64,000 bases of DNA, taken from assembly GCA_021613535.1 (NCBI GenBank), contig CP075493.1:1798001-1862000 (forward strand). The letters are read 5' to 3'. Position numbers and translations under genes: made by a program. Of this stretch, positions 1 to 14,500 are shown piece after piece; position 1 is the stretch's first letter, and each line of letters begins with the position of its first letter. The notes under the pieces are model-generated. The model ran no database searches and was not told the DNA's origin. It saw nothing but the letters and a program-made list of their open reading frames with translations. The DNA comes from Adineta vaga (Eukaryota; Animalia; Rotifera).

Positions 1-399
1 GTACTGGATTACAGAAAGCCATTGTTCCAAATAGAATGTGTAGAGAAATATTGTGATCGAAGAAGTATGTTATGAAGCTATTGTAATGGTATGCATTTAT
101 ATCAACGAAATCTCATTTGGTTAAAATGGCTCAAACTGTTCCAATTATGCATTTTATCAAAGAATTGTTCCGATAAGTAGGATTGATCAATTAACTTTTC
201 GAGCCAATCAATCGATCAATGACTTAACTAATCAATTTTTATCTTTCTCTCTTTCTCGTTCATATCGTGACACGAAATAAGTGATTGGAAATATTTTCAA
301 TGGAGGTAACTTTAAACAAGCGGACGATTGATAATCATAATTGATGAATTTTATTTAGAAAAAAAAAACAAGAATGGATCGATACAAAAGAATGTTAAA

Positions 400-1165
400 A
401 TGGTTCCTGATTGATGCTGATCATGTCAGAAATTGGTTCTTGGGTTTGTAAGTTGTTATAATGTTGAAAGCACTGCTTTATTGAATTACCAACAAGAGTT
501 TCAGTTGATTAAGTTGATTAAGTTCGTCTTTGTGAATGGATTATAAAAATGATGTAGGAAGTCGAAAAACATGTTTTTTGAAGTCTTTTTTGGTTTATTA
601 TCTCTGATAATTGTGGTGGGTGGAACTGATTAACTATAATTGAATTGATTTGTGAAATTGTGAGTTACATTGTGCTGAAGAAATGTTTAATAGCTGTCAG
701 GACTTAATCAATTTGATCTCGTTTAAACATTTGTCGTATCGGAAATTTGTTTTTTACGGCAAAAAACGTTGAAAGTATTTTATGTTGTTGTAGAAAATCG
801 TGTTTTTCTTAATTTGATAGATGAGAACAATGTATCATAATAATATTTCTTTTCGAAATGATGAATTTCAACAAAGATGTTTTCTGTTATCCGACGATAT
901 CGTTCTTCAAACGAAGATAGGTGGTAGTAATCAAATTTTTTAATACCAGTCGTTTGCTTTTGGATGAATGTAGATTAAAAAGGAAGAAATTCAAACGTTG
1001 TTTTAAATCGATATGTGTACATTGTACTATGAATAATTGCTGAATGACCTGAGCGGATTAGTATTTTTTTTGTCGTTAAGTACATTTGTACATCGTATGA
1101 GACAAATGAGAAGGAGAGATGAAGAAAGAAAGAACGAACAATATCGTTTGTGTTATTTTTTTCAT
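400..1165 (-). pseudogene. Probable decayed gene for a secreted protein
   Basis: An ATG at 1165 gives signal-peptide-like MKKITQTILFVLSFFISPSHLS, followed by repeated in-frame stops within coding-like sequence. The 3' boundary is approximate. Confidence 0.3.
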
Positions 1166-2157
1166 TGTCAACATTTTTTGTAGTTCTACTTGATTTCATC
1201 TGCTTTTGCTTATGAGTGAAAAAGAACGAAAGAAATATATACTTATATTATGTCGATGTTATTTCTTGAGGATAAACGAATAAGTTCCTTGGAGAAATCA
1301 ATTTGTAATCGTAGTCTTATCAAACAACGACCTTCGTTATGTTATTTTACATTGAATAAAAGTCAATAGAACTGCGTGAGACAAAGAAAAGTCGTTTTTT
1401 TTTCATTACAAAATCCGAAGCAAATATGATTGATAACATATTGAAAGAGAATAAACATTCAAAAGAAATGAGTTAGTTGAACTATCTTGACTGAAATTAT
1501 GATAGTATTCTTAATTCTCATTCGTCGATGATATGTACTTTTTGTCATGAAAAAACAACATTTTTCTCGTCAATCCATATCGAGTAAACCGAAGACTAAT
1601 TAATCATATACGATATTATTTGAAGTATAATATGGCATAAAGGTAAAAATGATTCAGTTTACACAAGCGCAGAAAGAAGAGAAATAAATGATTCATCAAT
1701 ATTCTCCGATAAACCAATGAATAAACAGCGCTACTTTCTTCTGTAATTGATTTCAGTGAAAAAAATCGGAAATATTTACTTTTATTTATGAAAATGTTTT
1801 ACAATGAATATCGTTCGTATTCGAATAAAACTTTTATATTTTTCTCGAATCTTTTATCTGATTGGTTAGAGAACGGAATGAATCTTTCCATCATCGTCAA
1901 CAACAAACGTTTTTTTTCGCGTACATTACATTGTATTTATTGTTTTTTTCCTTTCTTTTCTTTCATAGGAAAAAAAATCTCATAGTGATCGTCTAATGTC
2001 GTAAATGAATACGCGTCAAATCAAAATCGAATAGTATCGAGTAAAAAAAGAAATAAGAAGAACATTTTTTTTTCCTTGTAGATTTTCTTTAGCTAATGTT
2101 ATTTTGTTTGGGCTATGCTGAAAATAAGTTTGATTAGAAAACTTCTTTCAACTCAAT

Positions 2158-5100
2158 ATGAAACGCAAACGAAATGAATCAACACAAGTATCCAATAAGA
2201 TTTTATGTTTACAAAATGGTTCACATGTTGAAGTTCAACTAGACGATGGAAAATGGTTCAAAACGATTTTTTGTTCGTTAAAGAAAATCTTTGAAAATTT
2301 CATTCTTTCTAGGCATGCTGGAATTGTCATTCAGTGTCAACCAAGAAAATATCTTGTACAAGTTGAACAACAACAATGTTGGATTGAATCGGATCTAATT
2401 AGACCGAACACAATTCTTGATCAGGTAAAGAAAGCGAAAAGTAATATAAAGAATTTGAAATTTGATTTTAGAAACGGAATGTACCTTTTGAATATCGACC
2501 CGGTCAATTTCTTCGAAATGATGCAAAAACTACAAATAAAATAGTATCAGGTATGAGATTCAATCGTTGTTTTCTTCTTCTTCTAAATATCTGTTAATAA
2601 TTATTGTGTTTTCTATAGATGAAAAAGTTTCTTCATCTCCTACTGATCCTCTTCCTCCTCCTTCTCCTCAAATCGATTCTTCGAATGGTAAAATTCGATA
2701 AATATTTGAAATATTTCTAAGAAATTCTTTGTGAATATTTAGATTTGAAAAGAAAACGTTTACCTCGATCTACAAGTACAAATACTGAGCAAAAGAAATC
2801 CCCTTTTGTTTGGAAACCAAGTACTATTTCAACTATTCAGAGTAAATTCTTGATTTTCATGATAAATTTAAATTTAATCATTGGTATTATTTAGCTCGTC
2901 GATCATCAAGAAATAATCATTCACCAAATATTTCTTCGGATGATCAAATTCCTCTCGATAATAATCATTGTCGAACGCGAACATTATCAAATTCAACTCA
3001 ACCAAAAACAACATCGAACAGTAAATTGATTTTTTATTCATTTTCTTGATCGATCAAATTATTCGTTTGTTTTAGGTGTTAAAACTTCTCCAGATGTTCC
3101 TTCATCTGAAGTTCTTATTTTTCGTCCAGGTAAATCCATGAAAACAAAATGTTCGATATATATATATATATATTCCGTATTTTGATTTCTTTAGTTATTC
3201 GTTATAAAGATTCAGACACAAATGGAAAACAATCGGATAGTACAATATCGCCAAAACGTAAGAAGAAATGTTTTTATTCTTTGATTGAACTTGTCAATAT
3301 CTATTTACTGTCTTATGCGACGAAAAAATATTCTGTAAAGATAGTCATGACATGATAAGAAGAGCTAAAAATATCTCTTGTTCTTTTCAATAAACAAATG
3401 TTACTATTGGTTATTCCGACAACACACACAACACATACACTCGTGATATTTATGTAAATCAGTCGACGAAAGATAGTTCCGACTGACTTCTTACATCAAT
3501 AGTCAAAATATTAACTTTAACTTTTTGACACTTGATAAATAATATAAAAATTGCTTGAGGAGAAAACCTTCGACTTGAATAATTCATCAATAAAAATGTG
3601 TGAATAAGTTAATTTTGTTATTTTTCAGGTCATTGTTCTACTGATGATGAAAATTTTACCAAACCTGATGACGATACTTCAAGAAGACATCGTCAATCAA
3701 AAGATGATGAATATCCTGAATCAATAACCAATCCTGATCTTATTTATCATATAAATGCTTCAACTGATAGTCGTTCATCATCAACAACAAGTACCGATAA
3801 TTCATATCTTGTTAATCAATATGACACACTACCACCGGCAGTTGATCATCAAATCAAAACCGAATCGAAATCATCATGTTTTCTTGAAACACCACCTCCA
3901 TCATTACCTGATATACATGTTACACAAGAATCTGAATCATCATTTGACAAACCACTTCAACAATTGAAATCTAAACGTAAACAAGATAATCCACAACGTA
4001 AACAATTATTTTTAAAATCACACGATCAAGGACAACAATTAAATGGTGTACTCGATCGTTTATTATCGAAACAAAAAGATGATAATGATGATTTATTGAA
4101 AACATCACCTGATCTTTGTGATCCAGGTTATTTATCTGATGAATATAGTGAACCAATATCATCGAATAAAGATTTAGAAACATTTTATCAACGTTTAGAA
4201 CAAATCTCTTCGGAACAAACGAATACTATTCTTCTTAATGAAAATGATAAAATCTTTTTCGAACGATTTCAAATCTATATTCATAATCATTCGGAACATT
4301 ATGAAAAATTAGAAAAATATCGTTTAGAATCATATCGAAATTCATCAAATCAACGTTCGAATATAATATCAACTATTCTACAAAGAATATTTTCTCTTTG
4401 TTATCAACAAAATCTCAATAATTTCTTTTCTCATCTTCCCGATGAAATAAAAACACATTTAAAATCATGTTTTAATCATGTTATCAATGAAAATTCTACA
4501 ACAACGAAAAAAATGGTTACAAGAGGAAAACGTTTAGTCAATTTCGGACAAAAATCATATCGAAATATTAAAACAAAACGATCCTCATTACCAAATCTAA
4601 CTAATACCGATATTGTATTAAATAATGAACAACAAATGTTATTATCACCATCTAGTCCTTTAACACCTTTATCATCAAAAATCATTGAACAACAAACGAA
4701 TGAAGAATTGTTATCTCCAAATAATCATTTAATTAATTCCGGTGTAATGGAAGAAATTGCTGTGCTACCAAAAGAACGAGATGTTTATGAAGTGATACAT
4801 TGTTTATGTAATTGTGAAATTGATAATGGATTTATGATTCAAGTAAGATATACAAATAAGAAAACTTGTACTAAAGTCTTGAGAGATCATATTTCTCTTT
4901 CTGACCTTTGACCTTGTACAAGAAAAACAAATAAACTATTTGATCTTAAAGAATTTTATGATTGCTTATCTTTTTTTTCTCTAGTGCGAAACATGTTTAT
5001 GTTGGTCACATTGTGAATGTGTTGGTGTAACAGCAACTTGTATACCAGCCTTTTTTAAATGTAGTATTTGTACAAAAGCTGAAGGTAAATGAAATATTCA

Positions 5101-6003
5101 ATTTAAGTGCATTTCATTTGAAATTTGCATTTCTAGCTGAACGTACACCACAATGGTCATTAACATCGATATTTGATGATGAAACGACAAGTTCATTTTT
5201 AACGACTGCAAATAATTCGGATAAAGTTTCTCATTTTCTTTCTTATTCACGACGTTTATGGAATTTACGAGAAGAAATGATTGAATTGAAATTACGTTAT
5301 ACACCTCAATTAAGATCTTTACAACATGCTCTAAGGTAAAATTGATCTCAATGAAGAGTTTGTTTTAGAAATTTTATCATATTTCTTTCTTTTTTTCCAT
5401 ATAGATGTGATGATTTAATTGAATTGTTTGATTATGCGAACATTCAGTCAGATGAAATCGAAAGAAAAATGAAAGAAAGACAAACAAATCGACGAGAATT
5501 TGAATGTATCTCTCAAACAATTGATCAAATCGTTGATTGTGTGTGTTCATCATTGACCAGTAAGTTAAAAATTCATTTTTTTTTGTAAATTGAAACTATT
5601 TCGTTTTCGTTAATCAAGCTTCATCATGTTTATGTATTGAATTAAAAAACCAAAGTGAACCACAAATTAAGCCTTTAAATGATCAAATGGATATATTAAT
5701 TACTCGTTTATGTGATGACGATCAGACACGACAAGCTCGTTTAACGATACAAAGTCGTTATGAACAATTAATGTCGATAGTTGACAATAAAATACAAACA
5801 ATTTTACGTGAACATCAATGTACGTATTTTCTATATAAGAAAACTGTCAATATAATGAATTTTTATTCTTTTCTATTCAAGCAATTCAAACACAAATGGC
5901 ATTCGAACTTGGAATATTTCCGCAGAATTCATCAGATGATTATCTTTCCTATGATTCCTATGAATTAACATTACGAACAGCTATTGAACGACTAAAATGT
6001 TAA
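2158..6003 (+). CDS. PHF20/MBD-R2-like chromatin reader (N-terminal Tudor-like domain, PHD finger), multi-exon
   Basis: Tudor-like GSHVEVQLDDGKW..HAGIVIQ..YLVQVE..WIESDLIRP. PHD finger across the intron at about 4843-4984: EVIHCLCNCEIDNGFMIQ|CETCLCWSHCECVGV..FKCSIC. Stop TAA at 6001-6003. Confidence 0.75.
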
Positions 6004-6049
6004 GAAAAATTCGTTTTCCTATGCAGGGCGACGGATACAAATAGTAATT

Positions 6050-6400
6050 TGTGTCTGTGTGTGTGTATGTCTGCGTATATATTATACATATATACATATA
6101 TATATATATATATTCTGGTTTTTGTACATATTATATTTCACATCTAGGATTATTTTTTGTTTGTAGTGTGTGTGGTTTCTTCTCGCTTCTGCTTCTTCTT
6201 CGTCTTCTTCTTCTTGTTCTTATTGTGCTCGGTGTCGTTGAACGTTTCTTTTTCTTTTCCAACTGTTGTTTTATTATCATACACACGTGTTTTTGTTTCT
6301 TTTTTTCGATGTTCAAACAAAAAAAAAATCTGTGTGTGTGTATCTTGGTTCTTTTTTCTTTTGTTTTTTTTTCTTTTTTTTTGTGTTTATTATTATCATC
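6050..6400 (+). repeat. Low-complexity U-rich 3' UTR with (TG)n, (TA)n and (CTT)n microsatellites
   Basis: Simple repeats visible directly downstream of the PHF20-like stop codon. Confidence 0.7.
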
Positions 6401-6514
6401 ATTCTCACCTATATAAAATCATCACCATCATCATCAGCCCAGCCAGTATATTGTCTGTTTGTGTGGATGTATATTAATATAAAATAAGAGAAAAAAGACT
6501 TTTTTTTAGATAAA

Positions 6515-8579
6515 ATGAATAATAATGAAACAATTAATACCGAAAGGGAAAAAGCGAATTTATTATGTTTAATTAAGTAAGTGAAGATTTGTAAAAAAAC
6601 AATGAAGAAGAAAAACATTTCTTTGTATAGATTAACTTTAAATACATTGATTGATCAATCGTCATCACCAACGGCAACGCCAGTATTGGATGATCGAAAT
6701 AGTGATGTAACAAATTTTATCTTAACATTAGAGCGGGTGCTAAGTTTTCGTATGAGAGGTAAGGAATGAGAAAATAAAGCGATAGGATTTTTATTTTATT
6801 TCAATAATAGCAAATTGGCTCTCTGAACGACGGTATTTCTGGGATTTTGTTCGACCAGCATGTGTTGGTTCAGCTCGACAGAGTAGTAAGTATTGCAGTT
6901 ACGATGATTTTCAGTTTCTATTCATGTCATTTCAATAGTCATTGATCGCGTGGAAGAAGTATCGAAAACAAAAAGTATCAAAGATAAGGTAAAGATTTCG
7001 CATGATTGAGACTAATTAAAGATAAAATAAAACTTTTTCAGGGTCGAACATGGATTAAATTTGCACTGATGGAAAAGAAACTATCTGAACTTTTAAAACT
7101 AGTTATATCCGATTGTCATCTAGTTCGGTAAGGAAAATTTTTCAAACAAAATCAAATGTTGTTCTTATAAATACATGTATGTTTTGTTTTTAGAAAATTC
7201 TATCATGATGATTCAATCATGACGTCATCACAAGCATTTATTTTATGTGATCAATTAGCTGGTCTCAGTGCTATTGATTTCAGGTAGATTGATTTTTTTC
7301 TCGATTTCAATTTCACCAATAAATCTTATCCTATTTCTTTAGTTTCTGTTTCAAACAAGACGGACCAATCATTGCGCCACTTTTACTCAATGGTTCGGAA
7401 ATTGATGTTATCGATTTAACTCCATTTCTATGTTACAAATCAAAACAGTAAATCGATCGATTTCGAAAGATTTGTTTCTATAATTTCATTACTTTGCAGC
7501 ATCAAACAATTACTAAAAGAACAATATAATGATGAAGAAAATAAGCAACCTATGCCATTATTAGCTGCTATGAATGAATTGAAACCGCTCAATCCACCGG
7601 AACGTGAAATGATTCCTCTTGATAAACATAAAATTGAAGTAGAACAGCGAGTAAGCTTTTCTTCTATCGATATGTCCGTATATGATCATTAATAAGTCCT
7701 TTTATTCTATTAGAAATATTTCGAGGAATTATTACGACATCGTGATCTTGAATTACAACAATTAAAAACTCGTTTTGATACATTAAAAAGTGAACGTGAA
7801 AATGAAGTAATGTTAATGGAAAATATTATTCTTGAACTTCAATTGGAATTGTTCGTAGAAAATTTTCGTAACAAAAAAAAACAATTCTCATTCAATTCTT
7901 TTCAGACGTACAGCTCGTGATGAAGCGGAATTTAAACGAAAGAAATCTCCTCAACCTGAATCGTTAACACCACCAAAAAATCTTTTTAGTTTTACACATC
8001 GAAAACTAACTTCACCGACAACACCAACTAACGATCGACATCAAGATGATGACGATGCGTAAGTATCAAATTGAAACATAACACATTGACAATATTTATA
8101 AACTAATTTTTTAGACAAATGCGTCCAATTGAAGATGTATCAGTAACAGATGCTGATCAAGTGAGTTGATTCATTTATCAAATTCTTTATAGAACTAATT
8201 TCACTTTTGTTAGAGCTCAAATTTAACTACTGATAATGTTAATCAAAAGAATGACTTTGTTTATCCACCTTCTCAATCATCTCGTCGTTCAAGTCGTTCA
8301 ACAACGAATACTGAAGATGATCAATATGAACTTGTTCGTCAATTGACATCTCAACAAAATACCACATCTAATGAATTCAAACCAACATCCAGTCCAGAAA
8401 TGGTTTCCTCTGCTACTTCACTCTCCAGTCCATCATCTTCATCGTCATCAAGTGATGAAGATGAACCAAAAGTAGAAACAGTAACTCAACCAATCATTGA
8501 TGAATCTGGTCGATTTGAACCTGTAGAAATGACTAATGAACAAGCAACACTATTAGAAGAAGCTAATATACCTGATTGA
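6515..8579 (+). CDS. RUNDC3: RUN domain-containing protein 3-like, multi-exon
   Basis: EKANLLCLIK|LTLNTLID..NFILTLERVLSFRMR, GRTWIKFALMEKKLSE, RKFYHDDSIM, LAGLSAIDFSFCFK, and a coiled coil QR|KYFEELLRHRD all match RUNDC3A/B motifs. Confidence 0.8.
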
Positions 8580-8999
8580 ATCCTTTTGATTTAATCAACG
8601 GCACATATGTATATATACAATTTTTCTTTTGTCTTATTAAAACATGTAATTTTCCAATAATTCGTTTCCTTCTGAGATCGATGTCTGATGTTATCTGAGC
8701 AATGAATGAAATGATTATTTCGTTTCTCTCTCTCTCCCTCTCTTTCTGTAATTGCAAATAATCCATGTCAATTTTGTGATATATTATCGTTGTTTTCTTT
8801 TTCTTTTTCTTACTTTACGATACATTTGTGATTATCACTTTATTCGCTTTCTTTTTCGTTTTGTTTTCTTGCTTGAAAAATATAATAAAATTCAACTTAG
8901 ATCAAAGTAAATATGTCTTATCTTAAGTTTTATCTCTTACTCGATGTGAGATATAAAAATGCATGTTAATAATTTAGAATTGTTTGCAATTGGAAAAGA

Positions 9000-9356
9000 A
9001 TGTCGAACTCTTTTGAAACAATCGATGCTGCTAATCGTCATTTTGAAGAACTTTTTAATGCAGGAAAATTTGATGAATTAGTTGCACTTTATACATCTGA
9101 TGGAAAACTTTGTCCACCGGATAAGAAGAAATATGAAGGACGAGAAGAAATTAAAAACTTTTGGCAAGGTGCTCGTGCTGCTGGAGTTAATAACTTACGT
9201 TTAACCACAGGGACCGTTTTAGAAGCCGGAACAGATCGATTGATTGAAACAAGTTCATATCAACATTCATTAGATCGCGGAAATTATCAAGTCATATGGA
9301 AACGTGTTGGAGAAGGGCAAAATCAATGGCAATTAGAAATTGATATTTTCAATTGA
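9000..9356 (+). CDS. Intronless NTF2-like SnoaL/DUF4440 (ketosteroid-isomerase-like) protein, HGT candidate
   Basis: 118-aa ORF with IDAANRHFEELFNAG..LVALYTSDGKLCPP..GREEIKNFW..GNYQVIWKR..WQLEIDIFN, the pattern of bacterial DUF4440 proteins. AATAAA lies just after the stop. Confidence 0.8.
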   Translation: MSNSFETIDAANRHFEELFNAGKFDELVALYTSDGKLCPPDKKKYEGREEIKNFWQGARAAGVNNLRLTTGTVLEAGTDRLIETSSYQHSLDRGNYQVIWKRVGEGQNQWQLEIDIFN

Positions 9357-9915
9357 TTTTCTTTTTGCAATTTTGAAAATAAAGATGAAAGAGTAAAACA
9401 ATCTTGTATTCATATCTTTTTGATCGAAGTTGATTTCACAAAACTATGATTATAGTTAGAGTATTGATAGAAATATGCTTTGTGAATGTGACAGATGAAA
9501 TCTATTCGATGAGGACATCTATTGACTGGCTAACCATTTGCCGATTGTATAGCTGTGATCGGTCGGTCCTTCCTTCCTTCCTTCTTTTGACGAAGTGCTG
9601 TCTGTCTACATCTTTTTTTTATATCATTTATTAATATCACATTTTCATCACTTTATTCTCTAATCTGTTTTTTTCTTTATTTAACAAATAACGAAGAGAA
9701 AAACAGTCTTACTCTTTTCTATCTATAATCACACAAAGTCAGATGTGTTTACAATGAATTGTGTGACTATTTCAACAACTTCTTTTGTTCATTAGTAGAT
9801 GATTCACATAAACTTGTCAAAATATTTACTATGAATATTCTATTGAATTTACATAATCATTTGATTTGTTTTTCTTCCATTTTAGTCTATTTGTTTTTCT
9901 TGTCTTTTGTATGCG

Positions 9916-10990
9916 ATGCGTCCAATGGATCAGCATGAAAGTTCTCAAAATAGTACTACAAATATTGTAAGACGTGACAATAGCAATCATTCCAGTCCAG
10001 TTCCAACTTCATCATCACCACCATTATCATCGACAAACATACGTGTGAATAGTATTCTACGAGTAACAACTATGTTTGAGAATACTCGTACTGGAAAAGT
10101 TGTAGCATATGATCCTTCGTCGAATTTAGTCACATTACGTAAGTTATATAATTCAAAGAAAAAAAAGTCTATTTTAATTGATGAAATATACTCAACAACC
10201 GATAAATGGAATTCGTAGGAGAATCGTAACTGACAGATACGATATGATATACTTGATGAACCGGATATATCTTCTATTTGATAGATGTCAAAGGATCAAA
10301 ACCTGGTTTAACATCTGTTGCTGTTATTAATCTTAATCATTGTCGTGAATATGTCGTTGAACAAGAACCGAAAGATGAAACACTTGATCCACTCTATCCT
10401 GTTGATATTAATAAAGTAAGGGTCGAGTCATATTGCTTGTGAAAATATTGTTTTATTTTTCTTTTATGAATTAGTTGAAAAAACGTCAAACAGAAAATGA
10501 AATAGAAAAGAAAAAAGAAGCAACATTTGTGAATATAAAAGCTAGTCGAATTGGTCAAGCACTTTTTCGAGATATTAAAAAGACGTAAATTTGATTTTAT
10601 ATGTAAATGAATCGAATTTGTACGAAGAGATTTTTCTTTTCAATTTAGAATGAATCAAGTCATTCGTTGGTCAAATAACGATATTTTAATTAATAATACA
10701 GTACGAATTAGTGAACCATATCGTTCTGAGAATGTTTCTATTGATTCAACACCACAATCGAGTAATTCTGCTGCAGCAAAAAATTCAGCTAAAGCTGACA
10801 ATGATACTAAAACTCATATTATCAAAATGGTAAATATAAGGATTGAAGGAAACATTTCTCCATCATTATTTCTATTTAGGTAGAGAAATTCTGGTCTGAT
10901 TCATCAAAAATAGCTTCCATTACGAATAATTCATCTCGAACTAAATCAGAAACAACAACTGATACAGCTGATTCCATATCATCAAATTAA
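9916..10990 (+). CDS. LSM12: LSM12 homolog (LSM domain plus anticodon-binding domain), multi-exon
   Basis: LRVTTMFENTRTGKVVAYDPSSNLVTL, VINLNH, GQALFRDIKKT|MNQVIRWSNNDILINNTVRISEPY. Stop at 10988-10990. Confidence 0.85.
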
Positions 10991-11573
10991 CATAGACATT
11001 TTTTTGATTTTATCGGTTAGAATTTCAGATGTTCGTGTATATGTTTTCATTGTCGTACATTTTTCATTTTCTTTCGTTCGTCAACATCTTTTTATTATCT
11101 GTTCTGTTTTCTTCGTTCGTTCGTTGGTAAACTATTGATAACCATCATAACTATGTTTTGTTAAGATGTCGGCACGGTCGATTATTTAATGTGCCGAGAA
11201 AAAACAATTCATATAGAAATAGGTTCTACTACTCGTCATCAGATAATGATAAATTTCAATCTATTCAATTTTGCATTTGAATCAACGGCCAATTGAAAAA
11301 AGAAATTATCATATGTATAGAAAAGAATTTGATTATTGCAAAATCATCCAGATGAATAGATTCTCTCGATGTTCATGAAGTTGAAAACGATAACGATTGA
11401 TTGGACAAAATCATCGAAAAAAAAAGAAGTCAATTCACTTCTGATCTCCACTTAATCTCTTTCAATTCGTTTTCGACGACTTTACTATTCATAGAACGAC
11501 AAATTTCAAATGATATTTACTTATAAAACATTCATTTTCTTATCATAAAACCTACGAAATAATCTGTTCCATT

Positions 11574-14500
11574 ATGGTAGGAATGAAAATAATCGAAACA
11601 AATAAATGTTCAAATGATCTCATTCGAACATCTTTAACATGTCATCATCATCATCATCATCATACACATTCGCATTGCGATTTACCGTTAAATGTCATTC
11701 TTTATAGTAATACTCGAAATCGAACATTAATGGTAAGAAGACAATTAATGGAGCTAATCTTAAGATATTCTTATAAAGAAGAAAGAAAATAACAGACAAT
11801 ATTATTCTAACAAGATCGAGATGTCATAGACGACAGAATGCAAGAAACCTATCCATCATTTACTAATAGATAACGAGAATATAGATATATATATACACAC
11901 ATACATAGAGTAAAAAGTAAATCAGTTGACAATTAGTTCTAACAAGTTCAATATTCTTTTTCTATGTAAGATAGTTTATCTAACTAATTCTTTTATAAAT
12001 AAAGAATTTGATCATAATTAAGATCGTTAACTATTCCATATATATTCTATATCAAATAGATAATGATTATCTAATACATAAATTCCGCGAGATATATTCC
12101 TTCTATCAGAAAATCTTGATTGATCCAGACATTTGATAAAAGATCTTAATTTAGAATCGTTCTCAATCAACTCAATTCAACAATGAACAATTATCGTCTA
12201 TAGATCAAACAATGAATCAGCCTGATGGTGTTCTTCATCATGTATGTATACTAGTCATCATTCTTTAAATGATAAAATTGACATATAGAGAGTAGAGAAA
12301 ACGTGCTTGTCGATGATTCTCATTTTACATTTTGATGCATGTTGAAATCAATTGGGTAGTATTAAAAAATCGAAAGGTATACGAAAAAGCAAGAAAAGAT
12401 ATGCGTCGATTCGGTTATTACTCGTATTTTTATCATTAACTATATTTAATCGATTAAAAACATTTGTATCTTTTTTCTTCCAAAGAATATTAGTCTACCG
12501 TGTACAGTCGTCCTAGAATAATAATAATAATAATAATAATAACAAAACAGAAGTATTTTTCGTATATGTGAGCATGCAAATAGTGTTATGTCATTAGAGG
12601 TAAGCGAAAGAGATAGAAATGATAGATGAGATGTTTTCATGAAATGAATAAAGATAATTTTGTTTTTGTATATTTAGGATCAACAAGCAGCGTTATTGAA
12701 TTCAATTGATTTTTTCACTGAAATCAATCGTTTTAAAGCACGTCTTGATGTATTAGAAAGAGAACGTTTTGAACTTGAAGATAAAGTTCGACGACTTCAA
12801 GTAGTTCTATATTCCATAATTTCATTTTTCTAGTTTCTTTTTCAGGCAGAAAATCGAACTTATAAAAATCATTTTTATAATGAAACTAATGATTGGAATG
12901 GTTCACGATCAATAGCAGTACTTAATGGACATCCAATTTCATTATCAGCTACTGGTAAAATATGTTTGATGACGTAATGAGCTTCTCTCTCTCTCTCTTT
13001 GTGTGTGTGTGTATATATGTAAGGCGTACAAATGAGTTCGTTTATATTTAATCAATATCTTTTAAAACAAGGTCAAACAATTCCTATGAGAGAAAATCGA
13101 GCAAAAGAAGATACATTATCATGACGTTTGACTCGTCCTACTGTTCTGATATCTTCTTCGTTCTCTTTTTCCTCTTCTTCTTTTTTCTTCTGTACGTATG
13201 CTTCTTTTGATCATGTCTTTATACAACATTGTACAATTCATCAAACGATTATCTCGCGCGCGAACGATTGCCTAACTAGAAAAAAGATTATCGTGAAATT
13301 AAATGTCGTCTTATATTAATCTTGAGCCATGTCTTTTTGTCTATCCGTATATAACTAAAACTCCACTTCTTACACGATATACTTCTCAACATTCGAATCG
13401 TCGCGGTAAGATTTGAATTTAGAAAGAAAATCGATCTTACTTAACTTTCTTTGTTTCTATTATTATTGACAAATGTTCAATTATTATTTTATTTCATAGA
13501 AAATGATATCGAACGATTAAAACGACGTATTGAAACACTGGTAAAATCAAATGATGAAAAAGTAGGTCGTAAAAGTAGAAATTCGACAAAAAAAATGATT
13601 GAATTCATTGATTTAGGAAAAGAAAATTGGAGATTTACAAGTACAATTGACGAAATGTCAAACAAGTCTACCTTTAGTTAAACCGAAAAAAATTGACACG
13701 CATGGTATGTATAAAGATTGATTTATGCATTTGATTATATATATCTATATGAAGAAAATGGTTATGCGATTCCAAAAGTCAATTATGAAGCCGATGGAGA
13801 TATATCAGATTCGAATTCATTACCATCTATTAACAGTGATAAGGATTGTCAAGTAAATCTTGATAAATATGAAACTATCTTCAAGTATTGTTTTATATTA
13901 TATTAGTTATCAAAAAAACCTTCACTTGTCCACAATGTTTATGAATCTTATCCGAATCAATCGATGAAACTTGGATTACATCGTGTAAGTAAAATGCGAT
14001 CTGTTTTATACATCGCATATTTTTTCTTTTCCGAACAATTCAGGCATCAAGTGCTGAACCAATGTTAAATCATGAAATTGTAAGTGAATAGTTTTGAATT
14101 ATACTAATGATTTATTTTCTTATTTTAGATTCCGATTCGTCAAGTGTCAAAAGGAACACTTCCGTCAACGAAACGAAGTTTTTCAAAATGTAAAATAAAG
14201 ACAAATTTCGAGAAAAAACAAATAAAAATCAAAGTTTTATTTAGATGATCATAGTGGTTATATATCTGATGGGCCAAGTCAAAAATATTCGTTATATAAG
14301 AAATCATCAACTACAAATTTAGATCGAAATAAATCATCGAGTGTCAAAGGATTAAAAAATCTTTTCGGAAGAATAATTCGAACAAATTCAGGAAATATTC
14401 GTGAAGATCAAGAACCATTAACATCGAATTCACTTCGACGAGGAGGATTTCGAGCATCAATTACCAATGAAAAAACATTAAGGTAATTTGAAACGAATCG

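Noticed and set aside
1-280. Coding-like plus-strand fragment ending at about 280
   Set aside because: Stops occur in all three frames and no motif is recognisable; it cannot be assigned without upstream sequence.
6051-6618. Several overlapping Phe/Lys-rich ORFs
   Set aside because: Artefacts of a low-complexity U-rich 3' UTR.
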